From Pseudomonadota bacterium (GTDB lineage Bacteria > Pseudomonadota > Gammaproteobacteria > Burkholderiales > JBEEJL01): a stretch of DNA of 64,000 nt. The notes below the pieces were generated by a model. The model ran no database searches and had not been told where the DNA came from. It saw nothing but the letters and a program-made list of their open reading frames with translations. The stretch covers positions 1,051-65,050 of the forward strand of contig JAYTVC010000049.1 of the NCBI GenBank assembly GCA_043744215.1. The letters are read 5' to 3'. Both the position numbers and the translations under genes were made by a program. Shown piece by piece: positions 52,822 to 61,683 of the stretch (position 1 is its first letter; every line of letters starts with the position of its first letter).

Positions 52822-54990
52822 CTACTCTGGTATCCGCAACGTCCCGCCATCAAACGAAATCGCCAAATCATTTCCTGCAACCGGCGTGATGGGCGAAAGG
52901 TTCGCATTGCTCAACTCCACCGCTTTACCGTTTGATACGGAACGGGCAACTGGTTTCACCACCTGGCTTGCCGGCAACGGTTTGCCGTTCTTGAGATGAT
53001 TCCACATCGCATCCAACGCGCTGGTGAGATAAACATAGAGCGGTACAAAACGGCTGTCGAACCCGGCAAAGCCATTGAATGCGTCGAGGTGCTGCGCGTT
53101 AGTGACTTCGATATAGCGCAATTTGCTAGCGGCGTTTTCAGCGCGCTGGTTGGCGGTGAAATAGGCTCGCGAAGCAAAGTTGGGAGCCACCACAGCATCG
53201 GCACGACCGTTGACGATGATCGTCGGTTTGCCGCGCAAATTGCCGCTGAGTTTAACTTCGCTTACGCCTTGCATGATGCGCTGGTGTTTGGCGAGGTCAT
53301 CGCCGCTGAGCGGTGCGCCGGTGGCCGTGTCCACGCCGGTGGCGAGATTGCGCAGGCACAGCGCGCCGTCGAGGTTTAAGTCTGCTCGGTTCGTCGAAGG
53401 CGAAATGGCAAAACGATCTTCCTTCGCGCCACCTTTTGACAAGTTGTAAATTAAGTTCACACCGCCCGTTGGTGGAATGCCGCTGCTGGTGGAAAATAGC
53501 GCTTCCGCAGCCGTTGCTGCGCGCACATTGCCAACCGTTGCCGCATCGACATCCTTGCCGGCTGCCACAGTCGCGCCGAAGCTGAATCCGCACAGGTTGT
53601 CTTCTACGCCAAAGCGTCCGTAGGCATTGGCATAGGTGACGACGATGGATTGATGCACATTGAACGCATAGTGCGACGGCGCGACAGCATTTTGCTCCGG
53701 CAGCAAACCGTAATCGTTGATTATTTTTTGCGCTTCAGCTGCTTGCCCTAATGCGTCTTCTGATTTCAGCAGGCCTTTTTCCTTTAATGACGCGCAGCGG
53801 TTTTGCATCAATGCTGTGGGCGTGACGTTGAACGGCGCAGGTTTATTTTCAGCGGTAAGGTTAGCGCAGGGCTGATACAAATTTTGCAGCGTGTAATAGT
53901 CAAGCAGGCTGCGGCTTTGTGTAGAAAACGACTTGCCGCCCTGCTGAATGTTGGCAGGCTGCGCGAGCGGCGCAAACACCTGCGGCTCAGATACGGCGAT
54001 GCCGGAAATCAAACCTTTGGTATCCTGCTCGGCCGCACGCAATGCTGACGCCGCACCGTTGGAAATGCTCGACGCGATGACGATAGTATTGCGCGGCGTG
54101 TACAACGCTTTGCGGCCGTCAGTCATTTTCTGGTTCAACACATAAAATGCGAATTCAATCGCGTCGAGCGTATTTTTGCCCCAGTCTTTTTCCGGATTTT
54201 GCTTCGAGTGCGCGTGTTTAAAGGCGAAGCGGTTCGGCGTCGCCTCGTTGAATTTTGCCCGTGCCGCGTTTTTTATGTCCGCCGTGAAATTCGATTGCAC
54301 GCCAGCACGCAAACTCAATACACGCTCGCCATCCATTAAAGTCACGATGTCGTTTTGCAAATCGTGGGCGCCTGTGCCTGTGCCCTTGTCGGTGTAAGCC
54401 ACGGCGCAATGGTGTTTCAAGCCCCATTCACCCGCAGTGCCCACCGCGCCATAAATGCCGCGCGAGCCGGATGAACTCGCGGTGACAATGCACGGGTTCT
54501 TTGCATCAAACTTTGCTGGCACCTGCACCATCAAGGTTACGTTTTGTTTGCCGAGGCCGTCGTCGGCGTAAGTGATGAACTCGTCGCCCGCCACCAGGCC
54601 TTCGCCCAAAGTGGGCTGGCCGTTGGCGTCAATGTTTGGGCCGTACAACACGCCGAAACCGCCCAGTGGTGTTGTATCAGTAAGCGCGCGATAGTTAGCG
54701 TGAATGGCGGCGGTGCGTAATTCAGCGGGAGAAGGAAATTTTGCATCGGCATAAGCGGGTGCCGCAGGTTTTTTCAAACCGCTGATGCCAAGGCCGCCGG
54801 TGAGAAAATCATCGCGGATACCATCGTAGGTTTTTTCGATGATGACTTTGCTTTGAAACGATTGCAGCGGAATCACTTCCATTTGCGTTGCGGTTTTGAC
54901 CGCTTGCGTTGAGTCATTGATTTGCACGGTGGTGCAGGCGGTAATGGATGCGGTCACTGCAATGGCGATGAGCCGGTTTTTTTGTTTCAT
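52822..54990 (-). CDS. D-(-)-3-hydroxybutyrate oligomer hydrolase family lipoprotein
   Basis: The protein is 722 aa with a lipobox (SITAC). FLTGGLGISGL and the long colinear architecture match the 3HB-oligomer hydrolase family as I recall it. Confidence 0.65.
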   Translation of the reverse strand: MKQKNRLIAIAVTASITACTTVQINDSTQAVKTATQMEVIPLQSFQSKVIIEKTYDGIRDDFLTGGLGISGLKKPAAPAYADAKFPSPAELRTAAIHANYRALTDTTPLGGFGVLYGPNIDANGQPTLGEGLVAGDEFITYADDGLGKQNVTLMVQVPAKFDAKNPCIVTASSSGSRGIYGAVGTAGEWGLKHHCAVAYTDKGTGTGAHDLQNDIVTLMDGERVLSLRAGVQSNFTADIKNAARAKFNEATPNRFAFKHAHSKQNPEKDWGKNTLDAIEFAFYVLNQKMTDGRKALYTPRNTIVIASSISNGAASALRAAEQDTKGLISGIAVSEPQVFAPLAQPANIQQGGKSFSTQSRSLLDYYTLQNLYQPCANLTAENKPAPFNVTPTALMQNRCASLKEKGLLKSEDALGQAAEAQKIINDYGLLPEQNAVAPSHYAFNVHQSIVVTYANAYGRFGVEDNLCGFSFGATVAAGKDVDAATVGNVRAATAAEALFSTSSGIPPTGGVNLIYNLSKGGAKEDRFAISPSTNRADLNLDGALCLRNLATGVDTATGAPLSGDDLAKHQRIMQGVSEVKLSGNLRGKPTIIVNGRADAVVAPNFASRAYFTANQRAENAASKLRYIEVTNAQHLDAFNGFAGFDSRFVPLYVYLTSALDAMWNHLKNGKPLPASQVVKPVARSVSNGKAVELSNANLSPITPVAGNDLAISFDGGTLRIPE

Positions 54991-55025
54991 GATGTCTCCC
55001 CTGAAGCGATTAAATGAAATAAATA

Positions 55026-55052
55026 TAACTAATTGATTTTATTGAATAATTT
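55026..55052 (+). repeat. 27-bp AT-rich intergenic motif copy
   Basis: taactaattgattttattgaataattt. It overlaps the stop and last codons (KIIQ*) of the CoA-transferase gene and fills most of the 48-bp gap. Confidence 0.6.
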
Positions 55053-56268
55053 TCGCATCTCGTAATGCCTGAATCTGCGCCTCATTCATATATATAGTAT
55101 CGCGCAAAACCTCGTCGGTATGTTGGCCCAAAGTCGGCGGCGCTTTTTTATATTCAATCGGCGTGGCAGAAAATTTTATCGGATTCGCCACCGTGGGAAC
55201 AGAGCCCGACAGCGAATGCGGAATATCGACACGCACATCACGATGCTTCACCTGCGGATTGTCGAATACCTGCGCAATATTGTTGATCGGCCCGCAAGGC
55301 ACGCCCGCCGGTTCCAACGCGGCAAGCCAATCATCGCGCTTGCGTTTGAGAATAATTTTTTCCAGCTGTGGAACCAAAATTTCACGATGCTTCACCCGCT
55401 CACTGTTTGTGGCAAAGCGAATGTCTTTCGCCATTTCAATCACCCCTGCGATGGCACAAAATTTTTCGAATTGATTGTCGTTGCCGACAGCGAGAATCAT
55501 GTGGCCGTCGGCGCATTCAAATGATTGATATGGCACGATGGTCGAGTGAGCGTTGCCCATGCGCTGGGGAATTTTTTCTGCGACCAGATAATTCGAGGCC
55601 AGGTTCGCCAGCATCGCCACTTGTGTGTCGAGCAAAGCCATGTCGATGTATTGACCTTCACCGCTTTGATGCCGGTGTTCCAGCGCAGCGAGAATCGCCA
55701 CCGTCGCATACATGCCGGTCATGATGTCCGTCACCGCCACGCCGACCTTCATCGGCCCGCCGCCGGGCTTGTCGTCGCGTTCGCCGGTCACGCTCATCAT
55801 GCCGCCCATGCCCTGAATCATGATGTCATAACCGGCGTAGTGTGCATAAGGGCCCGTTTGCCCGAAGCCGGTGATGGAACAATAAATCAATTTCGGATTG
55901 ATTTTTTTTAGCGACACGTAATCAAGGCCGTAATGCTTCAAGCCATCGACCTTGAAATTCTCAATAAAAATATCCGACACCAGCGCCAACTTGCGAATGA
56001 TTTCCTGGCCTTCGGGTTTGGAAATATCCAGCGCCAAAGATTTTTTGCCGCGATTGGTCGAGAGGTAATAGGCCGCTTCTTTGGTGTCGTTGCCACTCGC
56101 GTCTTTCAAAAACGGCGGCCCCCAATCACGCGTGTCATCACCCGTACCGGGTCGCTCGATCTTGATTACATCGGCGCCCATGTCGGCGAGAATCTGCGAC
56201 GACCACGGGCCAGCAAGCACGCGGGAGAGATCGAGAACGCGGAGATGGGAGAGTGCGACGGGGGTCAT
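55039..56268 (-). CDS. Family III CoA-transferase (CaiB/BaiF)
   Basis: LRVLDLSRVLAGPWSSQILADMGADVIKIE is the hallmark family III N-terminus. Confidence 0.85.
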   Translation of the reverse strand: MTPVALSHLRVLDLSRVLAGPWSSQILADMGADVIKIERPGTGDDTRDWGPPFLKDASGNDTKEAAYYLSTNRGKKSLALDISKPEGQEIIRKLALVSDIFIENFKVDGLKHYGLDYVSLKKINPKLIYCSITGFGQTGPYAHYAGYDIMIQGMGGMMSVTGERDDKPGGGPMKVGVAVTDIMTGMYATVAILAALEHRHQSGEGQYIDMALLDTQVAMLANLASNYLVAEKIPQRMGNAHSTIVPYQSFECADGHMILAVGNDNQFEKFCAIAGVIEMAKDIRFATNSERVKHREILVPQLEKIILKRKRDDWLAALEPAGVPCGPINNIAQVFDNPQVKHRDVRVDIPHSLSGSVPTVANPIKFSATPIEYKKAPPTLGQHTDEVLRDTIYMNEAQIQALRDAKIIQ

Positions 56269-56469
56269 ATGTATAGTATAGCGGCAAGTACGTATAAGGT
56301 CGCCGTGAAAAATAAAAACGTTTCAAACTCACCCAGCCCAAAATATTTCAGCCGTACCCCCTCAATTGGGATTGAGCGCTATACCGAAGTCAGAATATAT
56401 GCTGTAGTTCATAGACAGTCAGATACAGCGCCTTTAGCCTTGCTGTATTGCAAAGAATAAGACATATCT

Positions 56470-57432
56470 ATGATCATTAAACAATCCGATGGCAGGTTAA
56501 AGGACATCGAAACCCTGCAAGAATTGTTGACCCATCCAGAGGTCAGCGCTGAGACGGTGCGGAAAATCGAGCTGGAAATAAAGTTCATTCAGTCTGGAGT
56601 CAGAGGCGAAAAAGAGGCCGCCTACGAAATCGAGTTCCATTACGGCCAGTCGGAGAACTGGGCGATTATTCATGACTTGCGCCTTGTGCACGATGGGCGA
56701 GTGGCTCAAATTGACCACATTGTCATCAACCGATTTCTCGATGTGTGGGTATGCGAGAGCAAGCGTTTTAACGAAGGGGTGGCCATCAATGAGCATGGCG
56801 AGTGCGCGGCTTTCTATGGCGGTAAACCTTACGGGGTTCCCTCACCCTTCGAGCAAAACCGTAAGCACATAATCGTCCTCAAAGCGTTGTTCGACAGCGG
56901 GGCAGTCGAGCTGCCGAAGCGGCTAGGCTTCACTATCAAACCGGAAATCAAAAGCTTGATACTGATTTCCAAGAACGCACGTATCCAACGGCCAAAGTCG
57001 AATGTCGAAGGTATTGACGACATCCTGAAAGTGGATCAAATAAAGCCCCGAATCCACAGAGCAGTGGACTTCGATAACAATAGCAATGTTAAGTTTATTC
57101 AGTCAGTAGCCAAGATTATTAGCCCTAATACATTGGAGAGTTTGGCAAAGCGACTTACAGCTTTGCACGTTCCCTCTGATTTCGATTGGCATGCCAGATT
57201 CGGCCTGCCCAAGCAGATCGCAACCAAAAGCAGGCGTGTCGAGATTCAAGCTCCTTCCGCTAAGGTTGAAGTGGACAAGGTCGAGTCTAAGTCAGAAGCT
57301 GAGAAAAAATCGAAACTAGCCTGTTCCACTTGCGGAGAGGGTGTCACCTACAACGTCGCCAAGTTCTGTTGGTTTAATAAGGCCAAATTCGGGGGCAACG
57401 TTTACTGTATGGAATGCCAGAAAAAAGTGTAG
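56470..57432 (+). CDS. NERD (nuclease-related domain) protein with C-terminal zinc ribbon
   Basis: It has the NERD pattern (GEKEAAYEIEF...WAIIHDLRL...AQIDHIVINRFLDVWVCESKRF). The C-terminus has CSTCGE...CMECQ (CxxC...CxxC). Confidence 0.7.
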   Translation: MIIKQSDGRLKDIETLQELLTHPEVSAETVRKIELEIKFIQSGVRGEKEAAYEIEFHYGQSENWAIIHDLRLVHDGRVAQIDHIVINRFLDVWVCESKRFNEGVAINEHGECAAFYGGKPYGVPSPFEQNRKHIIVLKALFDSGAVELPKRLGFTIKPEIKSLILISKNARIQRPKSNVEGIDDILKVDQIKPRIHRAVDFDNNSNVKFIQSVAKIISPNTLESLAKRLTALHVPSDFDWHARFGLPKQIATKSRRVEIQAPSAKVEVDKVESKSEAEKKSKLACSTCGEGVTYNVAKFCWFNKAKFGGNVYCMECQKKV

Positions 57433-57465
57433 CGTGTGTATTGCCTGCAAAATACTTTCCGCTCT

Positions 57466-57596
57466 CGTCATGCCCGCGCAGGCGTGAATTAAAAATGCTA
57501 ACCCCTATTGATCCCCTTTTCAAAGGGAGCAGATTTTATTGGCATTAAGGCTTTTTATTTGAAAGGCGCTGGATACCGCCTGCGCGGGTATGACGG
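57466..57596. repeat. MITE/REP-like element (family C, diverged copy)
   Basis: The arms are cgtcatgcccgcgcaggcgtgaat and ctggataccgcctgcgcgggtatgacgg. The interior carries a small cccctttt/aaaggg hairpin. Confidence 0.7.
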
Positions 57597-57633
57597 GTAA
57601 GAATATATTTTTTGTTTGCAATTAAAACACCAA

Positions 57634-58836
57634 TTAAACCTTTTCAATTACCATTGCTAATCCTTGTCCTACACCGATACAAAGACTGATCACGGCGTAG
57701 CGGCCATTGCGCCGCTGCAATTCGCGCGCAACAGTTAAAGCCAAGCGCGCGCCAGAGCAGCCTAACGGATGGCCGATGGCGATGGCGCCGCCGTTGGGGT
57801 TGACGCGCTTGTCGTCGAAATCGACTTTTAGTAAATGCAAACAGCCCAGCACTTGCGCGGCGAAGGCTTCGTTGATTTCGATGATGTCCATGTCTTTCAG
57901 GGTAAGTCCTGCGCGCTGCAAGGCTTTCGGGATGGCATACGCTGGGCCGACGCCCATGATACGCGGCTCGATACCTGCGGAAGCTGCTGACAAAATTTTT
58001 GCTATCGGTTTGACGCCGGCTTTATCGCCAACGCTTTTGTTGCCGATAAATAACGCCGCTGCGCCGTCGTTGATGCCCGAGGCATTGCCTGCGGTGGTGA
58101 CGCCGCCGTCGAATAGCGGCTTCATTTTTTGCAACACGTCGAAGTTGGAATCCGCGCGCGGGTGTTCGTCCTCATTCACTACCATCGGCGGAGTTTTTTT
58201 GCCGGTGGCAACGCTGATGGCGTGAATTTCACCGGCAAAAAATCCGGCGGCTTTGGCAGCGGCGTATTTGGCTTGCGATGCCGCCGCGAAAATATCCGAC
58301 GCCTCACGAGTGATGCCAAATTGTTTCGCCACGTTGTCGGATGTTTCCGGCATGGTGTCGCCGCCGAATTGCGTGGTGATTTTGGGGTTGGGAAAACGTG
58401 CACCGATGGTGGAATCAAAAATTTTAATGTCGCGGCTGTAGGCGCTTTCGGCTTTTGCCATGACTATCGGGGCGCGGCTCATGCTCTCGACGCCACCCGC
58501 GATGTAGAGTTCGCCTTCGCTGCAGCTCACCGCCCGCGCGGCGTCGATAACGGCTTGTAATCCGCTGGCGCATAAACGATTCACCGTCGCGCCGCCTACC
58601 GCGGGCGGCAAGCCTGCTAGCAACGCAGCGTGGCGCGCGATGTTACGCGCGTCTTCGCCTGCCTGATTGGTGTTGCCAAGAATCACGTCTTCGATTTGGT
58701 CCGGCTTAAATGCCGAGCGGGCGACGAGGGCTTTGATAACTTCGGCAGCAAGGTCATCGGGACGTACACTGGCGAGTTTGCCTGCGTGGCGGCCGATAGG
58801 GGAACGAAGTCCGTCGTAGAGATAGGCGTTAAGCAT
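57634..58836 (-). CDS. Acetyl-CoA C-acyltransferase (thiolase, PcaF/PaaJ-like)
   Basis: It has the active-site regions NRLCASGLQA, GGAIAIGHPLGCSG and ISLCIGVGQG. Confidence 0.9.
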   Translation of the reverse strand: MLNAYLYDGLRSPIGRHAGKLASVRPDDLAAEVIKALVARSAFKPDQIEDVILGNTNQAGEDARNIARHAALLAGLPPAVGGATVNRLCASGLQAVIDAARAVSCSEGELYIAGGVESMSRAPIVMAKAESAYSRDIKIFDSTIGARFPNPKITTQFGGDTMPETSDNVAKQFGITREASDIFAAASQAKYAAAKAAGFFAGEIHAISVATGKKTPPMVVNEDEHPRADSNFDVLQKMKPLFDGGVTTAGNASGINDGAAALFIGNKSVGDKAGVKPIAKILSAASAGIEPRIMGVGPAYAIPKALQRAGLTLKDMDIIEINEAFAAQVLGCLHLLKVDFDDKRVNPNGGAIAIGHPLGCSGARLALTVARELQRRNGRYAVISLCIGVGQGLAMVIEKV

Positions 58837-58992
58837 ATTTTTGCTGTCCGATGTGGTTTTATCAGGCGGTTTTGATGTTTTGATGTAAGTTATTTTACTC
58901 TATTTCCATAGCGCAACTATACATTGACGACCCGCTACGCATTAGTGTCCAATGTGCTTATATAAGACAACATCAAACTATACCCATCCCCG

Positions 58993-60150
58993 TTGATACG
59001 CGACCCGCAAATTCTCGATGCATTGCTCTCCGCCGTTGCGCGCTTTGTGCGTGAACGCCTGGTGCCAAACGAAAATCTTGTCGCAGATAGCGATGAGGTT
59101 CCTCCTGTTATCGTCAATGAAATGAAATCGCTCGGGTTGTTCGGCTTCGCCATTCCCGAGCAATACGGCGGCCTTGGTTTGACGATGGAAGAGGAAGTGT
59201 TGCTCGCAATGGCGTTAGGCAAGACCTCGCCCGCATTCCGCTCACTGGTTGGTACGAATAACGGCATTGGTGCACAAGGCATTTTGATTGACGGCACGGA
59301 AGAACAAAAAAAATATTACCTGCCTAAACTCGCGTCGGGAGAAATTATCGGTTCATTTGCATTGACTGAGCCCGATTCGGGCTCTGACGCGGCATCGCTC
59401 AAAACTTCTGCCAAACGCGACGGTGAATATTACATTCTTAATGGCAGCAAGCGTTACATTACCAATGCTCCGGAGGCAGATATTTTCACTGTCATGGCGC
59501 GCACCAATGCAGATATCAAAGGATCTGGCGGCATCTCGGCTTTCATTGTGGAAAAAAATACGCCGGGATTATCGCTCGGCAAAAATGATAAAAAAATGGG
59601 CCAGCGTGGCGCGCATACTTGTGATGTCAATTTCGACCACTGCCGCATTCCCGCCAGGCAGCTTATTGGTGGCAAAGAAGGCGTCGGTTTCAAAACTGCG
59701 ATGAAAGTTTTGGATAAAGGGCGTTTACATATTTCTGCCGTCTGCGTCGGCGCGGCAGAACGCATGCTGGCTGACGCATTGAAATACGCCATGGACCGCG
59801 AACAATTTGGCCAACCTATCGCGGATTTCCAATTGATACAAGCCATGCTTGCCGACAGTAAAACCGAAATTTATGCTGCGTGGTGCATGGTGCTCGACGC
59901 AGCGCGCCAGCGCGACGAAGGCAAAGACATCAGCACGCAAGCTAGTTGCAGCAAACTGTTCGCCAGTGAAATGTGCGGACGGGTGGCGGATCGCGCGGTG
60001 CAGATTCATGGCGGTGCAGGCTATATTGCCGACTACGGCATCGAACGCTTTTATCGCGACGTGCGTTTGTTCCGCTTGTATGAAGGCACGAGCCAGATTC
60101 AGCAACTAGTAATTGCAAGGAATATGATTCGGGATGCGAAGGCGGACTGA
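58993..60150 (+). CDS. Acyl-CoA dehydrogenase
   Basis: It has the canonical ACAD motifs (LTEPDSGSDAASL, QIHGGAGY, LYEGTSQIQ). The start is TTG in the ORF track. Confidence 0.85.
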   Translation: MIRDPQILDALLSAVARFVRERLVPNENLVADSDEVPPVIVNEMKSLGLFGFAIPEQYGGLGLTMEEEVLLAMALGKTSPAFRSLVGTNNGIGAQGILIDGTEEQKKYYLPKLASGEIIGSFALTEPDSGSDAASLKTSAKRDGEYYILNGSKRYITNAPEADIFTVMARTNADIKGSGGISAFIVEKNTPGLSLGKNDKKMGQRGAHTCDVNFDHCRIPARQLIGGKEGVGFKTAMKVLDKGRLHISAVCVGAAERMLADALKYAMDREQFGQPIADFQLIQAMLADSKTEIYAAWCMVLDAARQRDEGKDISTQASCSKLFASEMCGRVADRAVQIHGGAGYIADYGIERFYRDVRLFRLYEGTSQIQQLVIARNMIRDAKAD

Positions 60151-60209
60151 CGCCAAAGCAAATTGGAAACAGAAATTTTTCCTGTTGCGGGAAGGAATTT
60201 CAAGTTGCA

Positions 60210-60662
60210 GTGAAAGACATGGCGAAATCCGACAATATTTCTGATAACGAAAATCCAATCGTCGGCTTCAATGATTCTCTCGGCTTTAAGGTCGTGGAGT
60301 GGAAACCGGACTATGTCGTGATCGAATTTGTAATCCAGGGCCATCACCGCAATCGCAGTGGTCTGTTGCATGGCGGTGTGATCGCCACGTTGATTGACGC
60401 GGCTTGCGGCTATGCCGGTTGTTACTGTTCGGTGAAGGACAATATGCGGCTCGCAGTTACCTTGTCGCTGACCACCAGCTATATCGGCAGCGCGACTTCA
60501 GGCACGATTCGAGCCATCGGTAAAAAACGTGGTGGCGGCCGGAAAATATTTGCGGCGACGGCAGAAGTATTTAACGAGCAGGACGAGTTGCTGGCCGTGG
60601 GCGAATCCACTTATCGCTATTCGCCGGGCAGTGAAGATGAGGCGGGGATTGCTGTAAAATGA
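60210..60662 (+). CDS. PaaI-family hot-dog thioesterase
   Basis: NRSGLLHGGVIATLIDAACG is the typical PaaI/DUF4442-type motif. Confidence 0.75.
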   Translation: MKDMAKSDNISDNENPIVGFNDSLGFKVVEWKPDYVVIEFVIQGHHRNRSGLLHGGVIATLIDAACGYAGCYCSVKDNMRLAVTLSLTTSYIGSATSGTIRAIGKKRGGGRKIFAATAEVFNEQDELLAVGESTYRYSPGSEDEAGIAVK

Positions 60663-60703
60663 CAATATATATGAAGTGCAGCGCACCGTAAAAGGAGATT
60701 GCT

Positions 60704-61495
60704 ATGAACGACAACGTGAAACTGCCGCAATCGCAACTCGGCATGAATCTGCCGCAGCCACCCGCATTCAAAACCCTTGAAGAAGAGCGCTTGTACCGCA
60801 AACAAAAACTTGCCGGTGCGTTTCGATTGTTTTCCAAATTCGGATTCGATGAAGGTGTGGCAGGGCACATCACGGCGCGCGACCCGGAGTTCACTGATTC
60901 GTTTTGGGTGAATCCATTCGGTATGCATTTTTCGCAAATCAAGGCGTCAGACCTGATTCGCGTATCGCATACGGGCGAAGTGGTCGAGGGCAACAGGCCC
61001 GTCAACGGCGCGGCGTTTGCTATTCATTCGCAAGTGCATGCGGCACGGGCCGATTGTGTGGCGGCGGCGCATTCGCATTCGTTGTATGGCAAGAGCTGGT
61101 CAACGCTGGGGCGTTTGCTTGATCCGATTACGCAGGATGTTTGCGCGTTTTATAAAAGCCATTCGCTGTTCAACGATTACACCGGTGTGGTGCTCGACAC
61201 CAGCGAGGGCGCGCGTATCGGCAAAGCCTTGGGTGACAACAAAGCGGTGATTTTGCAAAATCACGGCTTGCTCACAGTCGGCCACACGGTGGATGAAGCA
61301 GCTTGGTGGTTTATTACCATGGAGCGTTCGTGTCAGGCGCAATTGCTGGCGGAAGCAGCGGGTAAGCCGATTTTGATCGACGATAAAAATGCATCGCTCA
61401 CCTGCTCGCAAGTCGGTTCGCATTTCGCCGGATGGTTTCAGTTTCAACCGCTCTGGGATCGCATCGTCAAGGAACAGCCGGATTTATTTGGTTAG
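60704..61495 (+). CDS. Class II aldolase/adducin-family protein
   Basis: GHITARDP..., the IHSQVHAAR.. / AAAHSHS His cluster, and QNHGLLTVG are typical of the family. Confidence 0.8.
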   Translation: MNDNVKLPQSQLGMNLPQPPAFKTLEEERLYRKQKLAGAFRLFSKFGFDEGVAGHITARDPEFTDSFWVNPFGMHFSQIKASDLIRVSHTGEVVEGNRPVNGAAFAIHSQVHAARADCVAAAHSHSLYGKSWSTLGRLLDPITQDVCAFYKSHSLFNDYTGVVLDTSEGARIGKALGDNKAVILQNHGLLTVGHTVDEAAWWFITMERSCQAQLLAEAAGKPILIDDKNASLTCSQVGSHFAGWFQFQPLWDRIVKEQPDLFG

Positions 61496-61507
61496 AAATT
61501 AAATCTC

Positions 61508-61647
61508 ACCACAGAGACACAGAGACACAGAGTAATGCAAAAAGCCTAAACCTTTGGCTAAAATTGATTGTTATGTAACTATATGATTTTATTGAATAAT
61601 TATTGTTATAGATTTTGCCTTTCTCTGTGTCTCTGTGCCTCTGTGGT
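61508..61647. repeat. REP family E inverted pair enclosing a 27-bp AT-rich motif (RIP/BIME-like layout)
   Basis: The arms are caccacagagacacagagacacagag and ctctgtgtctctgtgcctctgtggt. The 27-bp motif sits centrally at 61576-61602. Confidence 0.8.
61576..61602 (+). repeat. 27-bp AT-rich intergenic motif copy
   Basis: taactatatgattttattgaataatta. Confidence 0.6.
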
Positions 61648-61683
61648 AAAGTTTTTAAGTCAAAATAACTAACAGGAAAATCA

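Noticed and set aside
58837-58992. Partially symmetric tttgatgtt / aacatcaaa sequences in the thiolase/ACAD divergent promoter, considered as an operator.
   Set aside because: The symmetry is short and imperfect, and I could not define consistent half-sites. No regulator gene is adjacent.
29527-61647. The possibility that the many short palindromic repeats form a CRISPR array.
   Set aside because: The repeats belong to at least five unrelated families and are scattered singly or in pairs in intergenic gaps. They are not regularly spaced by unique spacers, and no cas genes are present.
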